DNA of 55,367 bases, the filler included, from Jimgerdemannia flammicorona (taxonomy: Eukaryota): NCBI GenBank assembly GCA_003990765.1. It is 2 parts of 2 records of this genome, joined end to end, with 100 filler letters (N's around TTAATTAATTAA, not from the genome) between each part and the next. Parts side by side here need not be neighbours in the genome. Positions count along the whole stretch, not along the records: positions 1 to 27,637 come from RBNJ01000616.1; positions 27,738 to 55,367 come from RBNJ01000617.1. The stretch is one strand, 5' to 3'. A program made the position numbers and the translations under genes. This document shows, piece after piece, positions 27,009 through 38,619 of the stretch (the first letter of the stretch is position 1; every line of letters begins with the position of its first letter). The notes beneath the pieces were generated by a model. It did not search any database, had not been told where the DNA came from, and saw only the letters and a program-made list of their open reading frames with translations.

Positions 27009-27637
27009 CGTCCCTTTCTCCACTACCTTACCCGTCACAAGATTTGGTAGGCGACCTTCCGAGTCCCCTTTCCCCTATTTTTACCCCCTCTACCTCGGGT
27101 TGGTTTGCTGTGCCTGCATGGGCATGGTGGGAGGAGGGCAATGGCGATGAGTTGCCTCTTTATCGGTATCAGATCGGTGTCTTCTCTACTTTTTCGTGGT
27201 TTCTGGTGTCTTCGGCTGCGTCTGGAGTGCATCCGTTTTGGTGCGGCGCTTTCTTCCTTTTGCCATCATCAACAAGGTGCTGTCTCGGTGTGTCTCGGGC
27301 TACGTAGGGAGTCGGCCGACCTTGGGCGTCAAGTGCTCAGTATAGGTTACCTGCAGGTCCTCGGTGCCTGTGGTGGGGCCCTCTGGCTTTGGCGAGCTTC
27401 CCGGCGAGCGCAGTTCTGGCATAGGTGACTGCTTTTCGGGTGATGTCGGGATGGGAGGGGAGATGGCCGTCACAGATAGGAGGAAGGGTGATTACAGTGA
27501 ACCAGTGGGGTGCCAGACTGGGGGCGGTCATCGGGGTTGGGGCGGACAATATTTCGGTGGGGCCTTTCGATTGGCTAGTGGGGGGTGGGGTGGTGCAGGG
27601 GCCGGCGTCCTGGCTGTACCCAACTGGAACCGGGAGC
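27009..27637 (+). mobile_element. CpG-intact G-rich segment, probably the 5' end of a young LINE running into the gap
   Basis: Abrupt switch from AT-rich to GC- and CpG-rich DNA; start ctttctccactac resembles ctctctccactac (~49514); plus-strand G skew like the LINEs; poly(A) follows the gap. Confidence 0.45.
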
Positions 27638-27737
27638 NNNNNNNNNNNNNNNNNNNNNNNNNNNNNNNNNNNNNNNNNNNNTTAATTAATTAANNNNNNN
27701 NNNNNNNNNNNNNNNNNNNNNNNNNNNNNNNNNNNNN
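27638..27737. other. Assembly gap with artificial TTAATTAATTAA spacer
   Basis: 44 N + TTAATTAATTAA (stops in all six frames) + 44 N = 100 nt. Confidence 0.97.
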
Positions 27738-27761
27738 AAAAAAAAAAAAAAAAAAAAAAAA

Positions 27762-28046
27762 TGTAATTACGGTGGCTTGGAGGTTGTGTGCTTACACAGA
27801 GGCTATTGAAGCTAGAATCTAAGAAGGTGAGATAGAGATCAGAAGTAGGCTAAAGTGTCTGAGTAACTAAGAAGATAAGATAAAAGAGAGAAGAGGTTTA
27901 GAGATCTCAGAACCTCTGGATCTGATTATTTAAGACTATTAGCTACTACTGTGGTAAGAGATTATTTATATATATTTAATATAGATTAGAGCTTGTAAAG
28001 TACTTTAGTACTGAAAAAAACAAAAAAAAAAAAAAAAAAAAAAAAA
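27762..28046 (+). mobile_element. Short polyadenylated fragment, possible 5'-truncated retroposon
   Basis: ~250 bp purine-rich segment ending in an interrupted A-run at ~28014-28046; no TSD found. Confidence 0.3.
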
Positions 28047-29051
28047 TACTCACTATAGTTATCTATATGTATATACTACTATCAATTTGTATAAATAATT
28101 AGATTTATCAATTGAGATATACTGTTCTCTAAATAAATATCTATTCTCTAAAAGAATAGAAAGTTATGTCTTTCTAAATTAGTATTACTATACATATATT
28201 ATATTATTAACCAGATTGCAAAATATATATATAAAATACTTCAGATATTTGAATGAATAAACCTCAGCCTGAAATCTAAGTTAAAAGCAAAAGATAAGTC
28301 TATCTAATATACTTTAAGAGATATATCTACTAAAAGTTACTTGATTTATAAAAAGAATTACAATATTTAGAAAAAACATCTTATCTAAAGTTATAATTAA
28401 GGATATTATAAGAATTAACATCTGATTTAACTCTGGTTTAATTTCTGATATAAGAAGATTTCTCAATAAGTTTAAGTAAAAAACTTTATAAGAGAAAGAT
28501 ATTAATTTGATCTACTTACTAGATTATATTATATATAAAAATTTACTACTAAGTTTAAGAATTGGCCTCTGCCTCTTTGTGATAATTCTAAAGATCTATT
28601 TATGATAAATTATTGAATATTTTGTTACTTTTTAACAAAGTAACTAAAGGCCCAAGCCAATTCACATAGCTAATATATCTTATAATTTATCTCTATTGAG
28701 CTAATATGTTATATTTGATATAATATCAATCTCTATCACTATAAGAGAACAAATCTTTAGTAATATTTAGACAGAAAGTGAAGTAATGACTTTGAGACTT
28801 ACTAACTATCTGATATTAGAAAGATTTCAGAAAGAAGTCAACTTGTCTAATTACTAATTTTATGGCTTATAAATATATCTAAAAAAGAAGCAGATATACT
28901 ATCATGAAATCTGACTCAATCTGACCAATTTGACAATACTGACTATCTTACTCAGAGTTTGATAAACTTATATAGAAACTCAAGATCTCATTATCTAATT
29001 TTTCTTAAAAGTTCTACCTATTTCTCCTCTGTCTGAACTGTAACTCCTCTA

Positions 29052-29490
29052 TAGTACTCTATATAGATTTGGTATATCCAGATGTGATTTGATTCAGATT
29101 TGTCAAGTAATAGATTTGAATCAACTCAGATTGGTCTCATGATCTGATCTGGATTACTCAAAATCTTTATTAATATCACTCAATCTTTGTTTCACTCTTT
29201 CTTTGTTCTTTTCTTTTTCCAATACCCTTTTTTTATTTTTTTCTACTACATCATAAATAAATAAATAGTAGTTCTTAATTGTATATTAGTTTATTCATTT
29301 TTTTTACCCATTTAATTATTGTCAAAAGAGGGAATATTTCAGGTGAAAAAGTAATCTTTACTAACAATATTAAGTTCTTTCTCATATAAGTAGTATACAA
29401 GCTACTCATTGAGAGCCAAAGTAGCAGTAGTGATGGCAATAGTAATGGCAATAGTAATGATGAGGATGAGGAAGAATTCTGGCTATTGAA
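29052..29490. mobile_element. Truncated left end of a related hAT copy
   Basis: Starts TAGTACTCT; shares atcaactcagattggtctcatgat and ctcattgagagccaaag..aggatgagg..gaattct with 30026-30555. Confidence 0.8.
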
Positions 29491-31017
29491 TGACAACTTG
29501 ATATGTCAATATGTGATTATATCATTTTATTAGATTTATGTCATTTATCAGTAATATGTGAAATATAAGACCTATGTAACTTCAATAAACTGTCTCTTTT
29601 TTTTGGTAATAAAGGTTATGAGCCTCTCTAGTACTTAGCAGCTATAGAATATAGAATATATCTCTTAAAATTATACTATGTTAAAATATCAGACAATCAG
29701 TCTAGTAATATAAGTACAGAAATAGATATACTAATTGTAAATATTCCTACAGATATAACCACAATAACAGATACAGAAAATACAAACACAGTCTTAGTTG
29801 GAAATATAAATACAGCCAAGAGATCCATCCTGATCTTTGATATGAAAAATTATAGCAACTAGAGATTCTATATAATAAAACTCTTAGATAAATATGGCTT
29901 AGTAGAGTATACAAGGCTACAAGTACTGATTCAAGATTATGATACCTCAAATGACTATTAAGCATTATAGAAGATCACATTCACATTGTTGAACTCTCAA
30001 ATAAAGCTCATAATATATAGAGCAATAGTGCTCTGAATGAATGGAGTTGATCCGGATGAGATTTGATTCAGGTTCATCATGTGATGGATTCAAATCAACT
30101 CAGATTGGTCTCATGATTTGATCTGGATTGATCCAGATTGATCTGGATTGATCCATCTGGATTGATCCATCTGAATTGAAATCTTTGGTGACATCACTCT
30201 TTCTTTTATTTATTTCACTCTTGTTTTTTTTTTCCTGCCGCACTTTGGTGACATCACCCTTTCCTTTGTTCCCTCTCTTTTCTTTGTTCTTTTTCTTTGT
30301 TCTTTCCTGCTGTATTACAAGCAAACAAAACAGCAGCCCTTAATTCATACATTGATCCAGTCTACTCATTTTTCACCCTGCAATGATCATCAAAAGAGGG
30401 AGTATTCAAGATGGAAATGCATTCTCTGCTGACAATGTTAGATTTTTTCTTATATGGGTAGTACATAAGCTGCTCATTGAGAGCCAAAGGGGAAATGGTG
30501 GTGGTGATGGCAATGGCAATGGCAATAGCAAGGATGAGGGTGAATTCTAGCAACAACTCATGGTGGCCCTTTGGACCTTGGAATTTACAGACCTTACAGC
30601 TATATATGCAGCAGCCTTTTTGGAGCAGCCGGTAGTAGATGTAGGTTGCTCTTTTCTGCTGCTACTTGTTTAAATTCCCCTAGCACAACCAAATTTACCT
30701 CATGCTCTTCTTAGGGTCCACAGCTCTACAGCAAGATCTGCCAACTTTATTCACAATATCTGGTCATGATGAAGAAAGATTGGAGGACATTGTGGGGTAT
30801 GCCATTGGTGGCTGAGCTGTTGAGTCAATATATCACATGGTGGAGGTCTCAAAAGGAACAGAAGTAAGCCTTCATGAGCAATCTTGTGCAACTTGTCAGC
30901 ATGCAACTCATTGGCATGCAGCTCACTCACTCACTCACTCACATTCTTTTTCTGAAATACCCATCTCTGTGTTTTATTTAATTTCATTTTTTACATGGTC
31001 TCCCCCCTAAAAAACAC

Positions 31018-31135
31018 CCACACCCACATGCAACCTGCCCACATGCAACTTGCCTGCACACAACCCGTCCGCACATAACCCGTTCAAATGCAACCTGTCC
31101 ACATGCAACACATCCATATGCAACCTGTTCACATA
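31018..31135 (+). repeat. 15-bp tandem repeat (CACATGCAACCTGYC-like, ~7-8 copies)
   Basis: Visible degenerate units; period is a multiple of 3. Confidence 0.8.
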
Positions 31136-32734
31136 CTTATCTCGGTCCCTCAGATCAGAGCTCAGTTCAATTGGAAAGGAGAGTTCAAAGTTACTTGAGT
31201 TCAACTGCATCCAGCATCTGATCAAATAGAGAAATTTGAGGGCAAGATGTTCAGCATGAGCAGTATCAGCATCATCATCAAGGCTTGGGGGTCTACATTA
31301 GAATCAGAGTCAATTGTTCTCAACCAAGGGATCCATTGGCCAGCAGGAGTAACTAATGATGAAGAGAACCATATCTTTATTAACAAATATAGAGAGGTGG
31401 TTGTGATGGTGGTAAGGAATCTCTACGGTGATGAGCTTTGCCACTACATCAATGAGATTTGCAAGAATTGCATCAAATACTGAGTGGCAGGAAAGAGGGG
31501 GCAAAAAAAGCAAGGAGAGGGAGTTTGGACAGGAATTGAGTATACTGCAACACTGGCAAAGGGTGAGTTCTGGAGTTCCAAAATCCCCCACACTCATCTC
31601 TCTTTTTTTTACTCCTCCCTAGATAAATCACACTCTTCACCAATATACTCTTTTTGATATAAATTCAGGGATGTACAAGATTCTGTACCTCTACTGGAAC
31701 TTTAGAAGTGCTGTTGAAGAGTAAACTGCACATGAGCATGACGTGGTCTATGTGGTGAAGGCAGCTATAATCTGGGGTTCTTTGAGGAGATTGGTAGAGC
31801 ATACAGCAGACCAGCTTGGTAGTGATCTTGGCACAGCTGTATGTATGTTCTTGACACAATTTAGCATACTGTATGAGGTGAGAAGCTCCACTTTTTTGGA
31901 GTGCTGCAGCCCGGGGGGGTTCTGTGGCCCAGGGGGTTTCTGCGGCCCAGGGGATTTCTGCCCCCCTGCATGCAAAAAGGACTGACCAGTTGCCATCTGT
32001 TTTGGCAGGTTTCCAAGCTGGGGCTCCCAGGGCTGGACCAGGGGCAGGTATCCACCAGCAGTATGAGATCCTGGGCCAAGGGTTCACCCAACTATATGCT
32101 TGTGTCACATCAGGATAAGTTGGGCACAACCTTTCTCTGCCCACACACACAGACAACAATGTCATCTCAGTAATATTTTACATCCCAGAAAGGAAGGGCC
32201 CAACCTGGGAGGATTACAGCGGAGTCTGGTATGATCTCATCTATGGTTTCAGGGTCCCGTTTGCAGCCAACACAGCCATCCTCTTCCAACCACATGACTA
32301 CCATGGCACCATTGCCTTTGAGGATAGCTTGGATACAACAGTCATCGCACTCACAATGGATGATAGGCTCATCAAGGCCTGGGACTGATGGGTGGAGCAG
32401 TTTTTGTGAGGGTTAGGCAATCTTTTGTAAGGGTTAGGCAATCATTTTGTATGGGTTGGGCAGTTTTATGTAGGGAGTTGGGCCAGGCACCTCTTCTGTA
32501 GCACTAGCTTAGCCATTATGCAGGACCCTACCAGCCCCTTGGCCATGCTCTGCAGTGCCGCAAGTGCAGTGCTGTGGTGCAGGGCCAGGGTGTCCATGGA
32601 ACCTGAACTAGTGATGGGGCCCAAATCTGTGGTGGACTTCAACTGCCGGAAATACCCTCTGACTGCCAGAAGTACCCTCTGACCACCAGAAGCACCCTCT
32701 GACTATCAGAAGCACCCTCCACCCCAGACTCCTT

Positions 32735-33375
32735 GGTGGCTTAGGGCTGCTCCTATACCGCTGGCAGAGGGCCACAAATTTTGTGTGCTCCCTCTGTCTG
32801 CCCCACCCATCCTGAATACTTGTAGCTTGGGGCTGCCCCTTGCTGCTGGTGGAGGGCTGCAAAGTTTGTGTGCTCCCTCAACGACCCCACACCCACCAAC
32901 TCTGCCCACTGACCCAGGCGCTGACAGCTTGGGGCTGCCCCTCACTTCTGGCAGAGGGCTACAAATTTTGTGCCCTCCCTCCACCTGCCCTACCTGTCCT
33001 GGACACTTGCAGCTCAGGGCTGCCCCTTGCTGTCAGCAGAGAGTAACAAATTTTGTGCACTCTCTCCACCAACCCCATGCCCACCAACCCTGCCGACTGA
33101 CCCCACCCACTGACCCGGGAACTGACAGCTTGGGGCTGCCCCTTGCTGCTAGCAGTGGGCCGCAAGTTTTGCACACTCTCTCCACCAACCCCCTCGACCA
33201 GGACACTTGCAGCTTGTGGCTGCCCCTTGCTGCTGGCAGAGGGCTACAAATTTTGTGCACTTTCTCTACCAACCCACCCACCAACCCAGGCACTGACAGC
33301 TTGGGGCTGCCCCTTACTACTGATGGAGGGCTGCAAACATTGTATGCTCCCTCTGTTGCCACCACCAACCCCACC
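32735..33375 (+). repeat. GC-rich tandem array, ~7 units of 80-120 bp
   Basis: Recurrent cagcttggggctgccccttgctgctggcagagggctacaaattttgtg at ~32740, 32823, 32926, 33010, 33126, 33210, 33297. Confidence 0.9.
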
Positions 33376-33509
33376 AACTGCTGCCCACTTGGGCCACAAC
33401 CTCAAGGCTGAGTCCTCAGGGTTTTTTACCTTTTTATTATTTTGAAAAGTATTAAATATTTCACAAGGCCAACCAACTTATCTGCAAACCCCCAGAACCT
33501 GCTGAATTT

Positions 33510-35900
33510 TAGTGGCCTGAGCCCCACCAAGACTTCAGACACATACATGCCCTGATTGTCTCAGCATTCAGTGCACACCTCTTTAGGACAACAAGGTCCA
33601 CCCCACCTGAGAACACCTGCTCGATGGGAGCACTAGAGATAGGAATCACCAGATAGTCTCAAGCCATACCATACAGACTGGGGAAGTCCATTTGATGCAG
33701 CTGCATGCCCTGGGGGGTAGAGTAGTGGGTAGAGCAGTGGTTAGATTGGTGGGTTAAATTGACCCAACACCTACCTAACAACCCACCTTCCACCAGTTGA
33801 GCACCTCCATGCCCTCCAGCAGGATTATGCAGTCTCTGGTGAGGTAAATAGTAAGTTTGTCTATTGACAGCAGCTCTTTCACTGATGGCTCCCTCTTCCT
33901 CTTTCTACTAAAGTAAATGTGGGACAGGAGGGATCCCTTGGCATATTCATCTAGACTTCTGCCAGAACCTTATGGTGGTATGTGGATTTTCCAGTACACT
34001 TCAATTATGGCCTACTTGGTTCTCTCAATGAAGTGCTGCTCCCAGCCCTGATCTTTATGGTATTGTAGCTTTAAGCATGGGTCTAGCACTATTTGAAGAA
34101 GAGAAGAGAGTGAGTTTTTGCAGGGGTTTCTCTGTTTTGGAAGGGGTAACAGCCACATGTTGACATCAACATATCTGTACTGATTGAGTATACAGTGGTA
34201 TCTGTTTGGGAGTAGTACTTTCTGAGCTTGCTAAGAGCAACCTCTATGGCATCTCTCTGATCTGGGCTCAACCATAAATCACCACAACCCTCCAGCCTGT
34301 CCTCGAGCTTATCCTCTAGCCAGTCAATCAGAAGGTTGTAAACTGGTATTGCCGAGCTTATTTTTGGGGTCGTTTGTTTGACTATATCCTTTGTACAATT
34401 GTCAAAATACTGGCAGTTATATGTGGTGAGGTATTGTATTGTACAGAGGCAGACAAAACGAGTGTGGAGGCTGACAAAACAAGTGTGGAGCCAGAGCAAT
34501 CACCATTTACTTCCAAAACTCTGACAATATTCCTAAGTATATTCCACTCACTTTCACCTAGAGCCTTGGCCCATATTTCCTTATTGGCAGCCACTGTTGA
34601 ATCTATTGACTTTTTTTGTTTTTTTTTTTTTTTTTAAATAAATCTTCAATTATCTGAAACAAGTTGCTTTAGCCAACTGAAGAAAAAAAGAATGCATACC
34701 ACAGCAAACTCCAGTGTGTACTGGATCATTGCAAATGTTGAGTTCCAACATGTACAGACATCTAATATAACCTCTATTGAGGCGAAACTGATTGCCCTAT
34801 ACTGCACAGCAAATTTGTCTCATCATTGTAGGGATAATCAGACTGACACAACCAGGTTGCACAGCTTGGAAATCATACTCAGGGCCCCTCCTCTCTCAGA
34901 TGTTTTGTCTACATGCATAAGATAGTCCTGAACAGCGAGGTTCAGTATGTGGGCCTGACATCACATATGGCAGCTTTCTGCACCAAAGGCCATGTTTTCC
35001 TGTTTGAGGCTGGCTGCTAAAACTTTGAAAAATGTTGAGTTGTTTATAGCATTATCTGTCATAATGGCCAAAATCTGTACTTAAAATATTCAGTTGGTGA
35101 ATTTATGTGAAAATAAATAACTAATAAAATCTGGTTTGGTTTAGGACCTTCCTCAAAATGCTAACCTGATGGCAAGCCCCCCTTTTTTTTTACCTTGGAG
35201 GTGATCCCAAGCTCTCAGATATATATAACTAATAAAAGCATCTGCAATATTGTCTCCAGAATGAGGGCCAGCAAGTTTGACAAAGTCAAGGGTGAGAGAT
35301 TTAAGCTGCTAATCGAGGTCAATCTAATAACTGGTAATGCCCAGAAATGAAATTGCATTAGGAGATATCCATGTGTCGATCATAAACCAAATTTTGCCTG
35401 CTGAATTCTGCTTATAGAATGTGAGGTTAAATTAGTATGCTCTTTTATATAATTCAGCTTGCAAAGGTCATAGTGCTGCCCTTATTATATCTGAAGTATA
35501 TAGTGGAGATTGTCATACTCCTTCCTATAGGCCTCCAGGACATCTTTGTGAATAGTATCAGCACTTGGCAAATATAAATCATACTTGAGGAGGCCAAAGA
35601 TTCTATGCAATTGATCACTCTCAATGGTTGTGAATAGCTGGTCTGTGCATACAATCTAGTGAATGAGCTGATTTTGAAATTCTGCCAAAGTGTATGACTA
35701 AATATTTTTGATTAAATGGCATTTTTGGTACAGAAATGGTCAGGCAATTGGATAAATATACCCACTACAGCTTGGATATCAATTTTATTTATCTCCATGT
35801 TCTTTTTGATTTTGTTAGAGTGCTTGTCTTTTATGTGTTGATTCATGTTCAAAGTCATATCCCTAAGTATTTTGAACTTCTGGCTAGTGCAGTTCATGGG
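33510..35900 (-). pseudogene. hAT transposase, intron-containing and disrupted
   Basis: MIDTWISPNAISFLGITSY; GPHSGDNIADAF; IMTDNAINN; HM*CQAHILNLAVQD; TCWNSTFAM; KLRKYY; C-terminal dimerisation region FPSLYGMA*DYLVIPISSAPIEQVFS..CLKSW. Confidence 0.92.
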
Positions 35901-36199
35901 GGTGGATGAAACAATATCATGTATGTGTCAAAACAAATAAAGTATCAATAGGTGCATCTTAATTTTTTATCTGCAATAATTATAAACAACATTATCTCCT
36001 ATCTTCAATGTTGCCCAATTTCAGAGTGAGGATTGCATAGAAGGTGTGGAGCTATCAGGGATGTTTGATTTGAAGTATCATCAGTACTGTAAACTGTTGA
36101 AGACTGATCTGTCGACATGTGTGTTTGCATGTTTGCATGTGCATGTGTGTGCGTGTGTGTGTGTATTGTGTTGTGGACATGTCCAGCATATGAGTCATG

Positions 36200-36455
36200 T
36201 GGAGGATTTGGATTGGAGGATTCAGTTGAAGGATTCAGATGAGGATTTGGATTGAAGGATTCAAATTGGAGAATTTGAATTGGAGGATTTGAATTGGAGG
36301 ATTCAGATTGAGTGATTCGGATTGAGTGATTTGGATTGAGTGATTTGGATTGAGTGATTTGGATTGAGTGATTTGGATTGGGGTAGTTCAGATGGATGAT
36401 TTGGATGGGTGATTTGGATGGGGTGATTCAGATGGAGTGATTCGGATTAATCTAA
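36200..36455. repeat. hAT subterminal ~14-bp repeats (GGATTGAGTGATTT)
   Basis: Tandem units near the right TIR; GATCCATCTGGATT-type units lie at ~30115-30175 near the left TIR. Confidence 0.85.
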
Positions 36456-38619
36456 GTTGATTTGAATGGAGATTCAGATCAAACTGTTATGTGATGAATT
36501 GAATCTGGATTTGATTTGAATTAACTCATTCAGAGCACTATACAGCAACTACTCATAAGATATGAGAGACTCCATATAATAATCATATATAAATATCTAT
36601 ATTGAATTGATTTCATCTGAAATCTTAGTTATTCTATCTATGATAAAGCCAAAGAAGACTATTTATAAATATGCCAGTCATATTTTTGATCTGATGAATT
36701 AGGTCAATTCTCTAAATATATCAGCACAGTATATAAGTGATAAAGACAAGGTCTTGGCTCTTATAAGAGATCTTTCTGAAATATATTACATCATAGTGGT
36801 AGCTATGTAAGAGAGTGGTAAACTTATCAACTATACTCATATGATAATGGGCCTCATGAATGAAAAAATATACTAAGGAAATGACACTGCTGATAATAAT
36901 GAAAACATAGATCATATAGATATTATACCAAATAAGATCAAAAGTATAGATAATAAGACCAACAAACCCAAACCTAAGCTCAATAATGCAATAATAACCA
37001 GTCAAGCCAATCAACTATATATGATGGTTACTATTAAATCTAAGGACTCTAAGAAGTCTTAAAGACTAAAAATCTAAAATTAAGAAATCTGCTATATTTT
37101 CTATATTAAGTTGCTACTATATTATAACATTTATATTATAATTACTCAATAGTATTATAATATTTATTTTATAAGTAGATAATTTATATATAAACTTAAA
37201 TAAGAGGAATTAAAACTCAGCTATATTAGATATTTATATTACAGATCTTAATAATATTTTTTATCTCTTAGAAATCCTTTTAAACTCACTACTATACTCT
37301 TGCTGAGAACTTTGAGATCTTAAAGAGAACTAAGAACTAGAATAAAGAAATCTGTTATATTTTTTATATAGTTATTTTTCAATCTTTATTAATAATTATA
37401 ATTCATATACTGAATCTCAATTTAGATTTATTTCAATTAATCTTATTACTCTTATTACTAATCTTATTTATTTTGTTATTAATTCTCATAAAATATCTTC
37501 TATATACTAAGTATTAAAAGACATAATTAATATTTTAATTATCTCTATTATCTCAGTAGACTTATTAATTAATTAATATTGGAATAATATATTTATTATC
37601 TTTATATGTAACTTTATCTTCAAAGATAGATATTTTTTTAACTATACTTATAATAATAATAACTAATATGATAGTATATAACTATTATTACTAAAATAGA
37701 AAGTTTTATAATTATGTACATAATAAATATACATGAATTATAAATGTTAGATATTTTAGTTTTGTATAATATATAATAAAAATTTATCTTTTCAACTACT
37801 AGCAACTAGCAGAGCTCATTATCTGATTTAATTATAATTTTTGATAACAGCGATATTTTTATTAATATTTCAATTGATATGTAACAAAATATATAAGATA
37901 CAAATAACTAGATAATAAGTTATAAATACCAAAAGTTGATTCTATCATTACTTTTATTATATTGTTTAGTTTAAGAACAAGAATTTGGCATATAAGTGTA
38001 TACGTTTTTACAACCTTTGAAATCTACCAAAATATTTTCTGATTTGTAAAAGATCAACAACAATGTTAGCAACCTCATACATCATGTCAGTGTCACAATA
38101 TATTACGTTCGCCAGCCTGAAATGCGCAAGCAGACAGAAATAGACAAGCAGACAGAACTCATCAACACCTGTTGTCTACCAACCGAAGGATTACTGAATT
38201 GCGGGACTCGCTGCAGTTTGCTATGAGCTTGACGAAATGCGCAATACAATTTGCCCTTTTTGTAGGTTGACCGATTTGGTTTCCCATTTTGCCAAAAAAA
38301 AAAAAAAAAGAAAAAAAAAATTGGATGCATTGGGCTTCCCGTCCAAGTCCGACAGGTTTGACCTCTGCGAAGATGTCGTTTCAAATGGCAATGTCGTTAT
38401 ATTTAATTTCACCGTCATTCCTACCGCTTATACGTTGCATGGCTCCGGGCCTCGGGATGACGCCGAACGCCCACTCAGACTTCCCTTTTTCTTGCCATCA
38501 TATGGAATCGAATCACTGTTAAGAACACTCAGAAATCCTATGCTATTATTTTTGGAATGAGATTATGATTACATGATGATTTGTACAATTGTCTGACAGT
38601 GCAAAAGAATAAATTTCCC

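Larger units (their letters stand above)
30026..36540 (-). mobile_element. Full-length hAT DNA transposon (6515 bp)
   Basis: Perfect 15-bp TIRs TAGTGCTCTGAATGA / TCATTCAGAGCACTA; 8-bp TSD TAGAGCAA (30018-30025)/TACAGCAA (36541-36548); subterminal repeats at both ends; transposase motifs inside. Confidence 0.93.

Noticed and set aside
27682..27693. Palindromic TTAATTAATTAA
   Set aside because: Centred in a symmetric 100-nt N block; an artificial six-frame-stop linker.
32735..33375. CRISPR-like repeat/spacer appearance and the 208-aa ORF 32785-33411
   Set aside because: Repeats are long and degenerate, spacers resemble each other, there are no cas genes and the context is eukaryotic; the ORF is a by-product of the GC-rich repeat.
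36541..37030. Possible coding remnant continuing from 29500-30025 across the hAT
   Set aside because: No recognisable motif in any frame.
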